Both the position numbers and the translations under genes were made by a program. A model generated the notes under the pieces. It did not search any database and was not told the DNA's origin. It was given only the letters and a program-made list of their open reading frames with translations. A stretch of 63,801 nt of DNA, the filler included, from Octopus bimaculoides (lineage: Eukaryota): assembly GCF_001194135.2 (NCBI RefSeq). It is 6 parts of 4 records of this genome, joined end to end, with 100 filler letters (N's around TTAATTAATTAA, not from the genome) between each part and the next. Parts side by side here need not be neighbours in the genome. Positions count along the whole stretch, not along the records: positions 27,814 to 42,190 come from NC_068999.1; positions 42,291 to 48,409 come from NC_068999.1; positions 48,510 to 61,620 come from NC_068984.1; 3 more parts are not named here. The stretch is one strand, 5' to 3'. Each line of letters opens with the position of its first letter. The first letter of the stretch is position 1. This document shows positions 39,133 through 52,643 of this stretch, in pieces.

Positions 39133-40248
39133 GTGAGATATGTAAACTAATGTAGGGGTCACAGTTGAAACTCATTTGATCATCGGCCTGATCAAAGAGG
39201 TTGCGCTGCAGTTAAACACGAACAACAATTCAGGGAACAACAAATAACAGAAAATGCAGTCTAAGGGAGATAACTGCCTCCAGTCATCACTGCTGATATT
39301 CGATAACATGTGGTAGCGTATTTCAACCGCAAAACAGAAACAGAAAAGATTTACGCAGACTTTCCTGAAACTATAAAGAAAATCGTATTTTATTAACATT
39401 GTTAGCCGTAGTCTATTAAAACGTAGTTGATAGTTTTGTTTGTATTATGGTTGTAAACTAATTCAAAGGCATAGAAGTTTGTAGTATTTCCAGTTATGTT
39501 CCCCAGTAGAGTAAACGTACTGCATAGGCAGAGCATGAGAGAGATTATTGAATATATATATAATGATTAGGATGTTGAATTGGTGCCTATACTACAAACC
39601 AGAATTATTGGATTTACCAAAAAAACTCGATGTATCTTGCAGCTGGTCTGTTTAAACTTGTCATAATATTTGATTTGCCATTTCCTATGGCAAATATGTT
39701 TATGCTGGAAACGAATACACTCACAACAGCTAAATACTGTTCAGTTTTATGTAGTTTTATTTATTATATAGAAATAATACTGAATCCGCTCTTGCTCATG
39801 AAATAAAACCGTAAACTTTCAAGCAGTTAGTCATTACTAAAACATAAAATAAAACTTATATTTGATTCAGTTAGCTAAGTTCAATGGGCTTAATCATATT
39901 CTATTTACATTCAGGGATGGTATGACATGTAACTTGTCACTTAGCGACACCTTATTCACATTATCTGAAGGCACTATACCAAGCAGAAGCCTTATATTGC
40001 AGTTAATATATTTTACCCTCGATTTAACAAATATCATGAATACGCTGTCGATTTAGGTGCTTATTTGTAAATGTTTGAGGCATCACTGCACTTTGAAGCA
40101 CTTATCGACATTTTGTTTTCCACTAAGTTCTCAACATGTCCCATAAACATATCATTAAATCGAGTCCGGATCGCAGGCGCTGTGGAAACAATATATCAGT
40201 GATTCGCTGTAGGGTGATGTCAAGAGAAGTGCCTGATTAAGTATAGTA

Positions 40249-40605
40249 TAGGCGCAGACTTGGCTATGTGGTAAGGCGCTTGCCTCTCAACCACATGGTC
40301 CCTAGTTCAATCTCACTACGTGGCACATTGGGCAAGTGTCTTCTAAAATAGCCTCGGGCCGACCAATGCCTTGTGAATGAATTTGGTAGACGGAAACCGA
40401 AACAAGCCCGTCGTACACATATGCGTGTGTGTATGAACATTCATGTGTGTTTGTGTTTGTCCCGTCAATACTGTTGTATTTATATCCCTGTAACATAGCG
40501 GAAAAATAAGTCCTGGGGTCGAGTTTTTCGACTAAGATCCTCTAAAGCAGTGCACCAGCATGGCCCCAATCTAATGTCAGACACAAGTAAAATAGTAAAA
40601 TAGTA
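40249..40605 (+). mobile_element. SINE family A
   Basis: Head, short internal tract and aagtaaaatagtaaaa tail. Confidence 0.85.
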
Positions 40606-41831
40606 TAAGAAACCCGAAGGCTTGCATTGTTGCGAACTTGAAGATTTTCCACTAACGGCTAATCCTGTGAGGAACCAGGTTTCTCATCAGGGGGAATGTT
40701 TGTCTCATCATCTAGCCAGCTCAGTGACATCATTCGAAAGTTGAAACGATGCGAAGTGCATTGTGACCAGTAATGTATCACAGCAGCCAATAGTATGGTC
40801 GATACCATGAATTTTTGCTGCAACTGGCAATTCCTCATCTCACGTTTGTTCCTTCGATTATACAATTTTAGTAGGAATATATCTTCAAGAAAAAAGCTCG
40901 GCTGATTTTAAGAGTATTAGGTTGAACGATGTTTATCTGTGTTGATCTCGTTCCTTTCACGTTGTTCTGTATAATCCTAGAATAATACGTCTCTGTAGAC
41001 GATGAAGTTGAGGCCATTATACCTGTTAGTTGGATACATAGAACCTAAAGGTCCCTGAAATCTGTTGGATCTTTTCATGCTTCGAACACTCAAATAGTTA
41101 TAGCTATCATGTAACTGAGTCTGATGTTAAGTTATTGTTTTCACTTAACATAATGTAATCAACAGGTAGTGAACTATACGCACAACACATTATCTCTTTT
41201 ATGAGACATAAATTAACTAAGGAACAACTCTTAGATAAAGAGAGCTATCTCTAAAAGTCTATCATTTGTTCAAGTTTACTTATTACATTTTCTTTCGACG
41301 AAAACCACTGAAAATTAATACATACAAAGGACCCTATATGAATTATGTCTGTTTAAACCCTTGGTATATTTATGGTTTCTCGGAGCGTGGTCATCGACTG
41401 AGCACAAGTAATAGGTTCCACCTCATATACTTACAAAGAAACAGAACGATGTACAGACAGACAAGATTCGAATTACCTCCTTTTAAGTATCACAATATCA
41501 ATCTTACGAATATTATTACTTCCATCTGTACACATGCTCCGCTTTACTCTCTGTTGTTGCAAGACCCCTATTGCAGGAAGATCTAACTGATGAAATACTG
41601 GGGAAAATCTTAAAATATCATTTTACGCAGTATAATTTATGAGCGCAAATTAGAGATCGGGCGGTTGCATGTATGTATTTTAAATTTCCCTACAGCTCCT
41701 CAAAAGCTGGCATTTATTTGCTTCACGTTATCATAATTAACTATAATGCAATGTTTTATTCAGTTTATTCCTAGTTTGGCACACACACTCACTCTAGATA
41801 TGTGTGTGTGTGTGTGTGGACATATATAAAA

Positions 41832-41915
<84 letters not shown>

Positions 41916-42290
41916 ATAGATAGATGTGAGTGTGTGTGTGCCTGTATAGATGTATGTGTGTACATATTTAATATGTATTTACATGTCTGTGTATCTGTGT
42001 GTCTGTGTATCTGTGTGTCTGTGTCTCCATGTGTTCGTGTGCTTACGTATACGTGTCTAAATGTATGCTTAACCTATGTATATAAACATACTGATTCTCA
42101 TACACACACACACACTTTTACACATATATATGTGTGTGTGTGTGTGTGTGTGTATACATACGTACATACATATATATATATATATATATANNNNNNNNNN
42201 NNNNNNNNNNNNNNNNNNNNNNNNNNNNNNNNNNTTAATTAATTAANNNNNNNNNNNNNNNNNNNNNNNNNNNNNNNNNNNNNNNNNNNN

Positions 42291-42334
<44 letters not shown>

Positions 42335-42557
42335 GCATAAGTATGAGTGTATGTATGCATGTATGTATGTGTATATGTATGTATGTATGCATGCATGTAA
42401 GCATGTATGTATGTATCTATGCATATATGTGTGAGTGTATGTATGCGCGTATGTTTTTATGTATGTATGTATGTGTCTGTGTGTGCGCGCGTCTATGCAT
42501 GCATACCTCTATGTATGTAGCATGTACGTACTTAGGTATATATGTGACTGTACGCAA

Positions 42558-42600
<43 letters not shown>

Positions 42601-42959
42601 GCACACACACACATATATATAAGTTTAACATGCAGCTTGTCAATATGAATGCATATGACATGTTTTGGCAATGTCATATGGATTTCCGCTGTTGCCGGTG
42701 TGTATGAAATAAATATTTGTCTTGTGACTAAACTAAGTTTGGCAAGATGTTTAGCTGTTGTAACAAATAGCTTCGGCTGTATGTTTAGTTTGGTGGGGAA
42801 GTTAGGAGAGTTGCGTTGGAAGCGTTTGATGTTCTTTTTTCAGTTATGTAAGAAGGTGTATGTGTGTTTGGAATGGTAGTGTGGGTAAGTTATTTATTGT
42901 ACCATCAACACTGTCTTGTGTTGAATTCCAAAAAGTGTATGTGTATTATATATCTGTCT

Positions 42960-42969
42960 GTCTGGTCAC

Positions 42970-43044
<75 letters not shown>

Positions 43045-43099
43045 CCTACCTACCTACCTACCTACCTACCTATCTGTCTGTCTGCCCGCCTGCCTGCCC

Positions 43100-43130
<31 letters not shown>

Positions 43131-43145
43131 TGTCTGCTTACCTGT
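42960..43145. repeat. Compound (TATC)n(TACC)n(TGCC)n microsatellite; a similar block lies at 55465-55550
   Basis: Directly visible. Confidence 0.95.
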
Positions 43146-43339
43146 CTGTCTAGCTGTTGGAAAGAAAGTCATGCTATATTTCAAGATGGGAAAGAAACAA
43201 ATGTTTCTTCACGCTTAATTGATGTATTTAATCAAATTAATATTCCCCTCATTATTGATAACATAATCCCGTCTACCTGGCAAATTGTTGATCCCTCTGG
43301 TGTAAATCTCTTCAGGTTGCTAAGCTAAGATATTCTCAA

Positions 43340-44830
43340 TATCATTTTTAACCGCTTTACAATAAATAATCAGTTTTTTCTTTAGTCTGTATTAAGAAAT
43401 CTATCTTTTTCGTTCTTACTAAAGAACTTCAGATCATCCATATTGAGCAAATCGTTAATTTTCCCTTCCTATTTCTGATCTGATACCCTGCCTTTGTCTT
43501 CCTTAATACTAAACTGAGGGAATGAAACATAAGACAAATATTAAGAAGGACAACGAGTTCCCCTGGAAAATTTCTCTTTTGATATTAACTTTCCTTAAAA
43601 GTGTGTCACTTGAATAGAGATCTACCTTCCATTTCTTCATGCTAAAGTTAATTTATTCTCTTATGTTGTCTGTTATAGTGAATATACTCAAGCATTCACT
43701 TACCCATGAGTGTGGGATCATGTCATAGGCTTTCCTATAATCTATCCATCCTATTGTTAGATTTTTCTTCCTAGCTTTTACTTAATTTTGAACTGCTTTG
43801 TCTAACCATAATAGATCATGCGTTTCTCTAGCATTCTTCCTGTAGTCTTTTTGTTCTTCTGGCAGTAAACTCTACTTGTCAAGGTGCTCGTAAATGCCTT
43901 CCGAAAGCATTCCTGTTAATAGCTCCCACACTAATATTAAGCAAGTGATTGGTCTATAGTTACTAGCTGCCTTACCCCCGCTTTTATCTTTCATGATAAG
44001 TACTGTCCTCCCTCTCGTCATCCAATCTAGTATTTTTTTTCCATTAAAGCATTCCTGAAGTTGTTCCCTCAGTCTCCCATGTAAACTACTGAATTTCATT
44101 AGCCAGTACCCTTGAACTAAATATGCTCCTGGGCCCTTCCAATTCGGCATTTTTCCGAACACTTTGCTCATTAATGCACTAGTTAATCTTAGATCTGGCT
44201 GCTTCTCTCTCACTATTTTCTCCTTAATTTCTTTAACCATACTGCATCTCCATTATGATTGACTGGCTAATCCCAAATATTACTTCAGAACTTTCTAACT
44301 TCTTCTTCATTAAATTTCTCATCTTCAGTACTTCGTTCTTCACTATTTATTTTGTATGTCTCAAATAATCTATTCTGTTGATACTGGTCTATTCTTTTCT
44401 GATATCTGGAGAGCTTGTCTGCTACTGCTACGATACGCTATTTTAATTCTTCTATTACCGTCCCAAATCCTTTCTCGTTGACTAAGTACCTTTTCTCTAC
44501 CCAAAGTGGTAACGTTCGTTTTCTATAGCCCCTTCTTTTAGGCTCGCTTTCTAAGTAGCACTGCATCACTATCCTGTTTTCTTCGCTGGTCCACTCCATC
44601 CTCCTTGCTCAATTATCTGCTGATGTTGTATTAGGATAACAACTGTGGTCAGTCTGCATCTTTACTGAACCACTGCTGAGCAAGAGGCCTTCTCTTAAAA
44701 GGTCCAGCTTCATTTTCGCTGTTACAATCAGAGTTTCTTCGGAAACTCCTGTCTCATAAACTGAGGTAAAGTAACTTTCGTCACCATCGTAATCACTACT
44801 ATTATTTTTCGACATCTGAAAGTTTCAAGC
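43340..44830 (-). mobile_element. R4/Dong-type LINE, N-terminal plus RT region, degenerate
   Basis: MPNWKGPG...VQGYWLMKF...WMTRGRTVLIMKDK...SNYRPITCL; WIDYRKAYDMIPHSW; IFQG; LLNMDDLK (catalytic YMDD decayed). The 5' side abuts (ATC)n(ATT)n at 44845-44975. Confidence 0.85.
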
Positions 44831-44840
44831 AACTTTCTAT

Positions 44841-44964
<124 letters not shown>

Positions 44965-45432
44965 TCATTGTTATTACTCTAGAGTCCGACTGACATGACA
45001 TGATATAAAATCAATAGGGCTTTATTTGTGTTTCTATTTTAGAAAAAAAGGTTTTAAGATCGATGTCAAACGTATTTTCACTTCAGTTGACGTTGAGGAT
45101 TTGTTCGTCGGGTAAATATAAAACCAGGTGTGATGACGTATTTAGCAATGAAAACACGCATTAAGTTCTTTGTTTCTCGCTCTCTCTCTTTCTCTCATCT
45201 CTCTCATCTCCCTCTCTCTCTCTCTGTTCATATATGTGTTTCTATTTCCTACACTTTCTCTCTCTCCCTCTCACTCTCTGTTATTTCTCTTTCTCTCTGT
45301 CTGTCCATCTGTCTGTTTCTATTTCCTCCACCCTCACTTTCTCTCGTCCCCTCCCCCTCTCTCTCTTTTTGCCATGTATCTTTCTCTCTGCCTGTTCGTC
45401 TATCTCTTCTGTCTCTCCCTCCTCTCTCTCCC

Positions 45433-45465
<33 letters not shown>

Positions 45466-45850
45466 GACAAGATCCAGGCTAATTACATTTATTTCTTCAT
45501 ACTGCACCATGTCATAATCTACTCCGTAAACCCATTATATAATAGTATTTGATGTTGCTGTGAAGTGACATCGTAAGCCGTTTGAATCTCTTCACCGATC
45601 TCTCTGGTAGCGGCAGCCTGTCACTTTAAAACTGTTAGGTTACTTAAGCTGATTAAAAGCCTTCTCTCTTTTGTTTTTTCTAAATTGTAACTTAATCGAC
45701 GGAGAACGGTCAGTACCCGTAACCTTTGTAAGGGAGTTGGGTAGAGATCGGGTATACGGTCGGAAATTTTGTAATAAAACGAACACCGTTAGAGTCAACG
45801 ATGGATCACGTGGTGGTGGTGGTGGCGGTGCTGTTAAAGCTGGATTATTA

Positions 45851-46075
45851 TATCTTATCTTTTACTTGATTCAGTCATTGGACAGCGGCCATGCTGGGGC
45901 ATCCCCTTGAAAGGGTTTTAACCAACAAATTGAACCTAGTGCTTATATTTCTTCTTTTCTTTTAAGCACGATACTTATTTTATCGATGTATTTTGCCACA
46001 CCGCTAAAAGTTACCGTGACATAAACAAACCAACACCGGTTGTCAAACGGTAGTTGTGAGATAAACGCAGACAAG
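45851..46075 (-). mobile_element. SINE family A, 3' half
   Basis: cttttacttgattcagtcatt...ggccatgctggggca...caacaccggttgtcaa. Confidence 0.8.
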
Positions 46076-46141
46076 AAGACACAAGCATTTACATGTATGT
46101 ATGTATGTATGTATGTATGTATGTATGTATGTATGTATGTG

Positions 46142-46320
46142 AAGGCGCATGGCTCTGTGGTTAGAGCATCAGGCTCACAATTGTAAGGTTATGCGTTCGA
46201 TTCTCAGATCGGACTGCGTGTTGTGTTCTTGAGCAAGACACTTTGTTTCACGTTGGTCCAGTTCACTCAGCTGTGGAAACGCGTTGTGATGTCGCTGGTA
46301 CCAAGCTGTATCGGCCTTTT
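46142..46320 (+). mobile_element. SINE family E (tRNA-like head, CORE/V-like ttgagcaagacactt core)
   Basis: ggcgcatggctctgtggttagagc...gttcgattctc...gtgttcttgagcaagacacttt...cactcagctgt. Confidence 0.7.
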
Positions 46321-46332
46321 GTTTATACATAC

Positions 46333-46369
<37 letters not shown>

Positions 46370-46485
46370 CATACATACATGTATATGTGTGTGTGTATGT
46401 ATGTGTGCGCGTGTGTGTGTATATATATATATATATGTGTGTGTGCGTGCGTGTGTGTGTATGCATGTATGCGTGCGTACGTGTG

Positions 46486-46526
<41 letters not shown>

Positions 46527-46763
46527 TATTAATACTTGTTCTAGTGTAAAGTCAGATATAGAAGAAGCTGAACATGAAATTGAAAGATCACTCAATTCTT
46601 CTTAGTAGTGTACCACGTCTATTAATTTTGCCTTTTATGAAAATTATTGACAGTGAGTTCGAAGTTTCAGTTTACAAGCTGTAACTAGAGTATCTGATGA
46701 CGGCTAGGACGCCGATATTTCGTAGTTACTGTAATATTTTTATGTAAAAATCATTGAATGCAG

Positions 46764-46808
<45 letters not shown>

Positions 46809-46865
46809 GTAGTATATTGCCACTTAAGTGTGGCTGACCCCTAGGGGTGGATTTAGAGAATTAAC

Positions 46866-46930
<65 letters not shown>

Positions 46931-46992
46931 CGTTGATTTATCTCTGTATACATATATATACGTACATATGCATGCATATATGCATACTCGCT

Positions 46993-47039
<47 letters not shown>

Positions 47040-47699
47040 GCATGCTGTCCCCAAAATTCCATGAACCAATTTATATTAGAATTTATTAGTCAACCTGGTG
47101 ATATACTAGAAAGACCCGTGCCCAAGGTATGGTGGACAGGCTTTGAGCATGGGTGCTAAAGCAATTCTTTAATAAGACCGCCCTGCCTTGAGTAATACTA
47201 AATCTGAGAGTAAGACGACAGGGCTACGTATCTGAAGCTAATTATCACAGCGTTTCTAATGATAGCAGGAAATTTTAATAATATATATAAGTGATCTATG
47301 GGAGATAACTAAAAAGAAAATTCTACGGTTATTTTCCTTGTACATCGTAACCTGAAACCAGTGCGTAAAGACTCGTAGTCTTCACTTGCTGGTTTGGTCG
47401 TACCATTACTATTTTGCGTGTACAAATTAACTTTTTGCATGTCCGAACTTCTGTGATGTAAAAGATTCTTCATTCCACACGAAACGAATACTATATAATT
47501 TCGTTTAATCAAGTCTCTAAATAAATTATTTAGAGACCATTTAATGCAATAGGCATTAGCAATATGATACAGAATTACTTCAGCGTACATTTATCACCAA
47601 ATCTAGACAAATCGGATTTGGAAGTATAAACTACCTGAATGCTTTAAAATTGCTTAATTACTGAAAAAAAGTCGACAGTCTATCATTTGGAAAGCTATC

Positions 47700-47880
47700 A
47701 ATCTCAGATTCTTACCGGCATTTCGTCCCTCGATGCACTCTGAATTCATATTTTGCCAAGGTCGAGTTTTCCTTTCATCTCTTCGGGATCGAGAAGATAA
47801 CTACCAGCTGAGCTGGGACGTGATTGTCGTAGTCGATTCCCTCAAATAGCTGGCCCTGTGCAAAAAATCGAAACCAGTAT
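47700..47880 (+). mobile_element. SINE family D, degenerate
   Basis: ggcatttcgtcc...aggtcgagttttcctttcatctcttcggg. Confidence 0.7.
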
Positions 47881-48140
47881 CAAATACTATTGAAATGGGA
47901 GTTACTTCCCTTGGCATGTCAAGGGAGATAATTCTCAATATAACGTTATATGATTATCTATCTTGGTTTTTAAGCGTATCAAAGTTGGTCTGAAAGATGT
48001 TAGAGCGCCGTCCTAGATTTTTTATATTTTTCAGTTTCATTCCTCTACATTCTAAACTAAAATCTAACTGTAGCAGGTATTTTCTCCCATAAATTTGTAA
48101 AATCTGTTTTCTTGACTGTAATCACTGAAATCTTTTACTG

Positions 48141-48303
48141 AGGTGCAGATGTGGCCGTGTGCTTAAGAAGCTCGCTTTGCAACCATATGGTCTCAGTTTC
48201 AGTCTCATTGCACGGCAGCTTGAGTATGTCTTCTACTAAAACACTGTATCAACCAAAGCTTTGTTAGTGAACTTGGTTGATGAAAGCTGAGTGCAAGCCT
48301 GTC

Positions 48304-48366
<63 letters not shown>

Positions 48367-48409
48367 TATCTGCTTGTCACATCCCACCTCGTGACATCCA
48401 CGCTTGGTT
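48141..48409 (+). mobile_element. SINE family A, old copy truncated by a gap
   Basis: aggtgcagatgtggccgtgtg...tcttctact...(TG)n. Confidence 0.7.
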
Positions 48410-48509
48410 NNNNNNNNNNNNNNNNNNNNNNNNNNNNNNNNNNNNNNNNNNNNTTAATTAATTAANNNNNNNNNNNNNNNNNNNNNNNNNNNNNNNNNNN
48501 NNNNNNNNN

Positions 48510-48555
<46 letters not shown>

Positions 48556-49059
48556 TCATTGCCTCTGACAGATTTTAAACGTTCAACAATAAAGTTAGTT
48601 TTTTTTTCTCTGCTAAATTGATTCTGTTCCTATGTATTGTTACATGCCTATATGACTAAAGCTGGTTCATTCTAGCTTGGAGTGATTTTCTTTTGAAAAA
48701 GCATGCTGTTTTCTTTTTTTACTTTAATTCGCTACCTAGACACCTATAACTTCCAGCTTGCTCCCATTCCTCCCCCCGCTCCACCCCGTTACCCTCACAC
48801 CCACACCCAACCACCAGATAAACCAAACAGCTCATGTTTGCTGCAAGGCTTTGTCCTTAGGCAACAGCCTAAAATAAAATAACAACCATAGTAACTACCA
48901 TGCTGTCCTTGGGTTTGTTTGAGTCTCTCAGCTTCTACAAAAAAAGAAAAAACCTACTGTTCAAGTCCGTTGTATTTCCTCTCTGTACCTCTGTCTCATG
49001 GACCATTTTTTTCCCTCTCTCTTTTTGTTGCTTCCTTTCCCCCCTTTTTTTTTCACAGG

Positions 49060-52004
49060 TGTCATGTGTCAGGCCGTTGGTGACTAAACCGACAACCTCC
49101 ACAGAGCTTGCTTTGTGAGGAGGGTGCTTTTCTTGCTAATTGGTTACCCTGCAGGATTAAATACACGACCTGTCAAAGGGTGGATGGACTCTGAAGAGCC
49201 AATGGCCATCCAAATAAGCAACTCTCGTTACTAGCTACGCTGCTTATTAAGCCCGTACCCGCTTTAGACAGCAATGGTAATAACAACTCCATTGCCTTGC
49301 AGCAATACCCACTTAAGGGAAAGGACTTGGGAGTAAACTCCAAGGATAAGTCAGGAGCTGGAGTCCCTAAGGCAGTTCGATGCTGTAGACAATCTCGCGC
49401 TGGCAACTCCTGCAGCCTCACTAGTTCCAAGTCGTATTGGCCCCTGCCCTTCCCTTGAACAGCACTGGTAGTGGTGGATAGGGGAGATGTGTCGTATGGG
49501 CAACTGCCGATCTTCCATGAAAAAACTGCTTAGGGTTGTGCCCTGGAGAAGACACTCCAGCATCGTCTAACTGCGGCGCTAAAACACGGAAAGTAGCAGT
49601 CTACCGGTTTTAAGCCTGCACATAATTGGTGTAATAGCAAGGCGCTAGGGGCTGCTCTCGATAGAGAGAGAGTCCATTATGCCTTACTGGACAGCTACTG
49701 CTCGCCTCAAACTGGGCAGCCTCCAGCGAGTTAGGTGTTGTCCCGTCACAGCCCACCTGCTTCACTGGATGCATGGAGCTTAGGGAAACTAACATCTCGA
49801 ATCGTGAGCTGTAAACATTGCACCAAGAAAAACGAACAAAAAGCAAGCAAGCAACAAAAAGCAAAAAGCAACGCAAAAAAACAGCATTCAGACTCGGATG
49901 TTGAAACATAAGGACCATGACAACTGGTTTGTCAGAGGACCTTCAAAAGATCAGCGACACACGTAAGACAACTGTGATCAACAACGAAATGCTACAACTC
50001 CGAGTGGACATTGCAGCACTCCAGGAAACGAGGCTCCTAGATTCGGGGACCCTTCGTGAAAGAGACTATACCTTTTTCTGACAAGGGAAAGGGATAGATG
50101 AAGTCAGAGAGCCGTGAAGAACTCTCTGCTGAAGTTGGCAAAACTCAACAGAGACGACTTCAGGATACTCTCACTTCAATTGCACACTTCTGAGGGGCCT
50201 GTCAATCTTATCAGTGCTTATGCTCTAACCCTCTATTCCTCACAAACACCAAAGATAAGTTTTATAATAAGCTCTCTAGGAAAATACAGGCGATCCAAAA
50301 TGGAGAACAGCTGGTGCTACTTGGCGACTTCGACGCCAGAGTGGGAGATAATCACGACTCCTGGTTAGGGTGACTGTGTCAGTACGGGGTTGGCAACATG
50401 AATGAAAATGAGCAACGGCTGCTTGAGCCCCGCATGCTCCGTCACCTACTTTCAGGCCAAAGCTCAACACAGGGTCACCCTCGCTCAGGGCACCAGCTAG
50501 ATTTGATTATCACAAGATGCAAGCAGCGCGTCAATGCTACTGCAATCCAACAACCAACTAAGACAGACGCATTCCTCAAGACACTGGAAGACGTCCTCCA
50601 TGCAGATCCACCGGAATGCAATGTTCAGCAGAGATGGGACTCTCTCATGGATATCATCCATAGCATTGTACTGAGGGCTTTTGGGAGGAGGAGGAAAATA
50701 ACACAAGATTGGTTTGAGGCGAATGTGAAAGAACTCAATACCCCCTGGAGGAGAAGTGTACTGCCCCACTGAAGCACAAACACCAACCCACAGGGAAACA
50801 CTGCAAACATTGAGATCAGCAAGGAATAACATACGGAAGACAGTAAGATGGTGTGCAAATAACTACTGGTTACAATTATGTGTAGATATCCCACTGTCGT
50901 TTGAAACGGGCAACATTCGAGGAATGTATGAGGGTATCAAGAAAACCATCGGCCCAACCCAGAGCAAGGTAACTCCACTCAAATCCAGAACAGGGGAAGT
51001 TATCAAGGGCAAAAGCGAGCAGCTGGAGAGATGGGTGGAACATTATTTCGAATTCTACGCCAAGGAAAACAATATCTCGAATAGTACGCTATATACCGTA
51101 GAACTCCTACCTGTCATGGAGGAGCTGGACACCCTGCCAACTGCTGAAGAACTGAGCAGAGCCATTGATGGCTTGCCCACTGGAAAAGCACCGAGACTAG
51201 ACGGCATCCCACCAGAGGTCATCAGATGTGCAAGGAGAGTTCTACTTAGCCACTTGCTGAAGCTACTGTATCAGTGCTGGGAGGAAGGAACAGTCCTGCA
51301 AGACATGAGAGACTACAACATTATCACCCTATATAAGAACAAAAGGGACAAAAGCGACTGCAATAACTATCAAGGCATCTTGCTGTTAAGCATCGTTGGA
51401 AAGACCTTTGCCTGCGTGGCCCTAAACAGACAACAGAAAATCGCTGAGAGTGTATACCCAGCGCGGGTTCAGATCAGAACGCTCCACCATTGATATGATC
51501 TCTCTTCGACAGCTACAGGAGAAGTGCCGAGAGCAAAGGCAACCGCTCTTTATCACCTTCATCGACCTCACAAAGGCTTTTTACTCAGTCGGTGGAGACG
51601 GCCTGTTCAAAATCCTTGCCAAGACTGGCTGTCCTCCAAGACTCTTCAGGATTGTCCAGTAATTTCACGCGGACATGAAAAGCGTCGTTCAATTTAATGG
51701 CTCTTTTTCGGAGGCATTCAACATACATAGCGGCGCGAAGCAGGGCTGTGTGCCTGCCCCCACCCTGATTGGCATCTTCTTTGCAGTCATGTTGAAACAT
51801 ATATTTAGGGCATCTGCTTATGGTGTTTATCTTCACACCAGATCTAACAGTAAACTGTGTTGTCTGTTGACGCTGAAAGCAAAATCCAGGGTGTTCTAGG
51901 TACTCGTCAGAGAAATACTGTTTGTGGACGACGCAACACTGATAGCGCACTCTGAAGAACAAATGCGGTGCCTCGTGGACAAACTTTCAAAGGCCTGTCA
52001 TATG
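49060..52004 (+). mobile_element. RTE-clade LINE: long 5' UTR, apurinic endonuclease and RT, 3'-truncated pseudogene
   Basis: FRLGC*NIRTM...VDIAALQETRL (APE); GKAPRLDGIP...DCNNYQGILLLS; RSTIDM; FIDLTKAF; GAKQGCVPAPTL; EILFVDDATL (RT, FADD variant). Many stops and frameshifts. The 5' boundary is approximate. Confidence 0.92.
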
Positions 52005-52136
52005 ATGAGCGTAAAGGTATATAATCGGTTTGTTACCTAACACTCCATTGTATTCTGTTGTATTCTTTACGCGAAACCGATTGGTAAGACCAGCCGCGAT
52101 TGATATTTAATACAATACATTTCGGATAATATATAT
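52005..52136 (+). repeat. ~130-bp interspersed direct repeat, second copy at 53616-53735
   Basis: gatga.cgtaa.g.tatataatcgg.tt.ttacctaacac.ccattgtatt...gattggtaaga.cagcc...atttcggataatata in both copies. Confidence 0.85.
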
Positions 52137-52287
52137 AACAAAAAAACAAAACAAAAAAAAGGCGAGAATATAAGTATAGATTGATTTAATAACATATAGT
52201 TAGTAAAATGCCTACAAATTGTTTCAATTTTACTCAATACTAATTACAAATTTATAAATAAAATAAAATTTGCATTTAGAATATTAT

Positions 52288-52643
52288 ATGAGTAAAATAT
52301 ATAATATAAGTGAGTAACAAAGAGGCACATGTGTCAATTCATTACCGCCGTTTCTAATGACTTCTTTAATTGATTAATGAGAACTTATCAGAATATTCTG
52401 ATAAGTCCATTCTGCCAAATGAATGGTAGCAAGATCAATGTAAATATTTTTACTCCGTGAATTTGTTATCTATGTTGAATAAGTTGAACTGTCCTTTATG
52501 TTTGAAGATCATGAATTCATCTGACGAAAACAGTTTCTTTGCAATGATGTAATGTTCTCATTAATCAATTAAAGGAGTCGTTAGAAACGACCGTAATGAA
52601 TTGATACCTGTACCTCTCTGTTACTCACTTATATTTTATTCAT
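52288..52643. mobile_element. MITE/foldback element with ~95-bp terminal inverted repeats
   Basis: 52288-52384 is the reverse complement of 52554-52643 (taagtgagtaaca.agagg...ttaattgattaatgagaac), with no coding core. Confidence 0.85.

Noticed and set aside
40640-41060. piggyBac transposase remnant
   Set aside because: Only vague motif echoes in different frames, with no DDD catalytic context or TTAA termini.
47095-47160. LRAT/NlpC-like motif QPGDILERP...FEHG
   Set aside because: The similarity is too short, there is a stop immediately after it, and no downstream catalytic motif follows.
49060-49200. HDV-like ribozyme at the RTE 5' end
   Set aside because: Only simple hairpins fit; I could not build the P1/P1.1/P2/P3 nested pseudoknot by eye.
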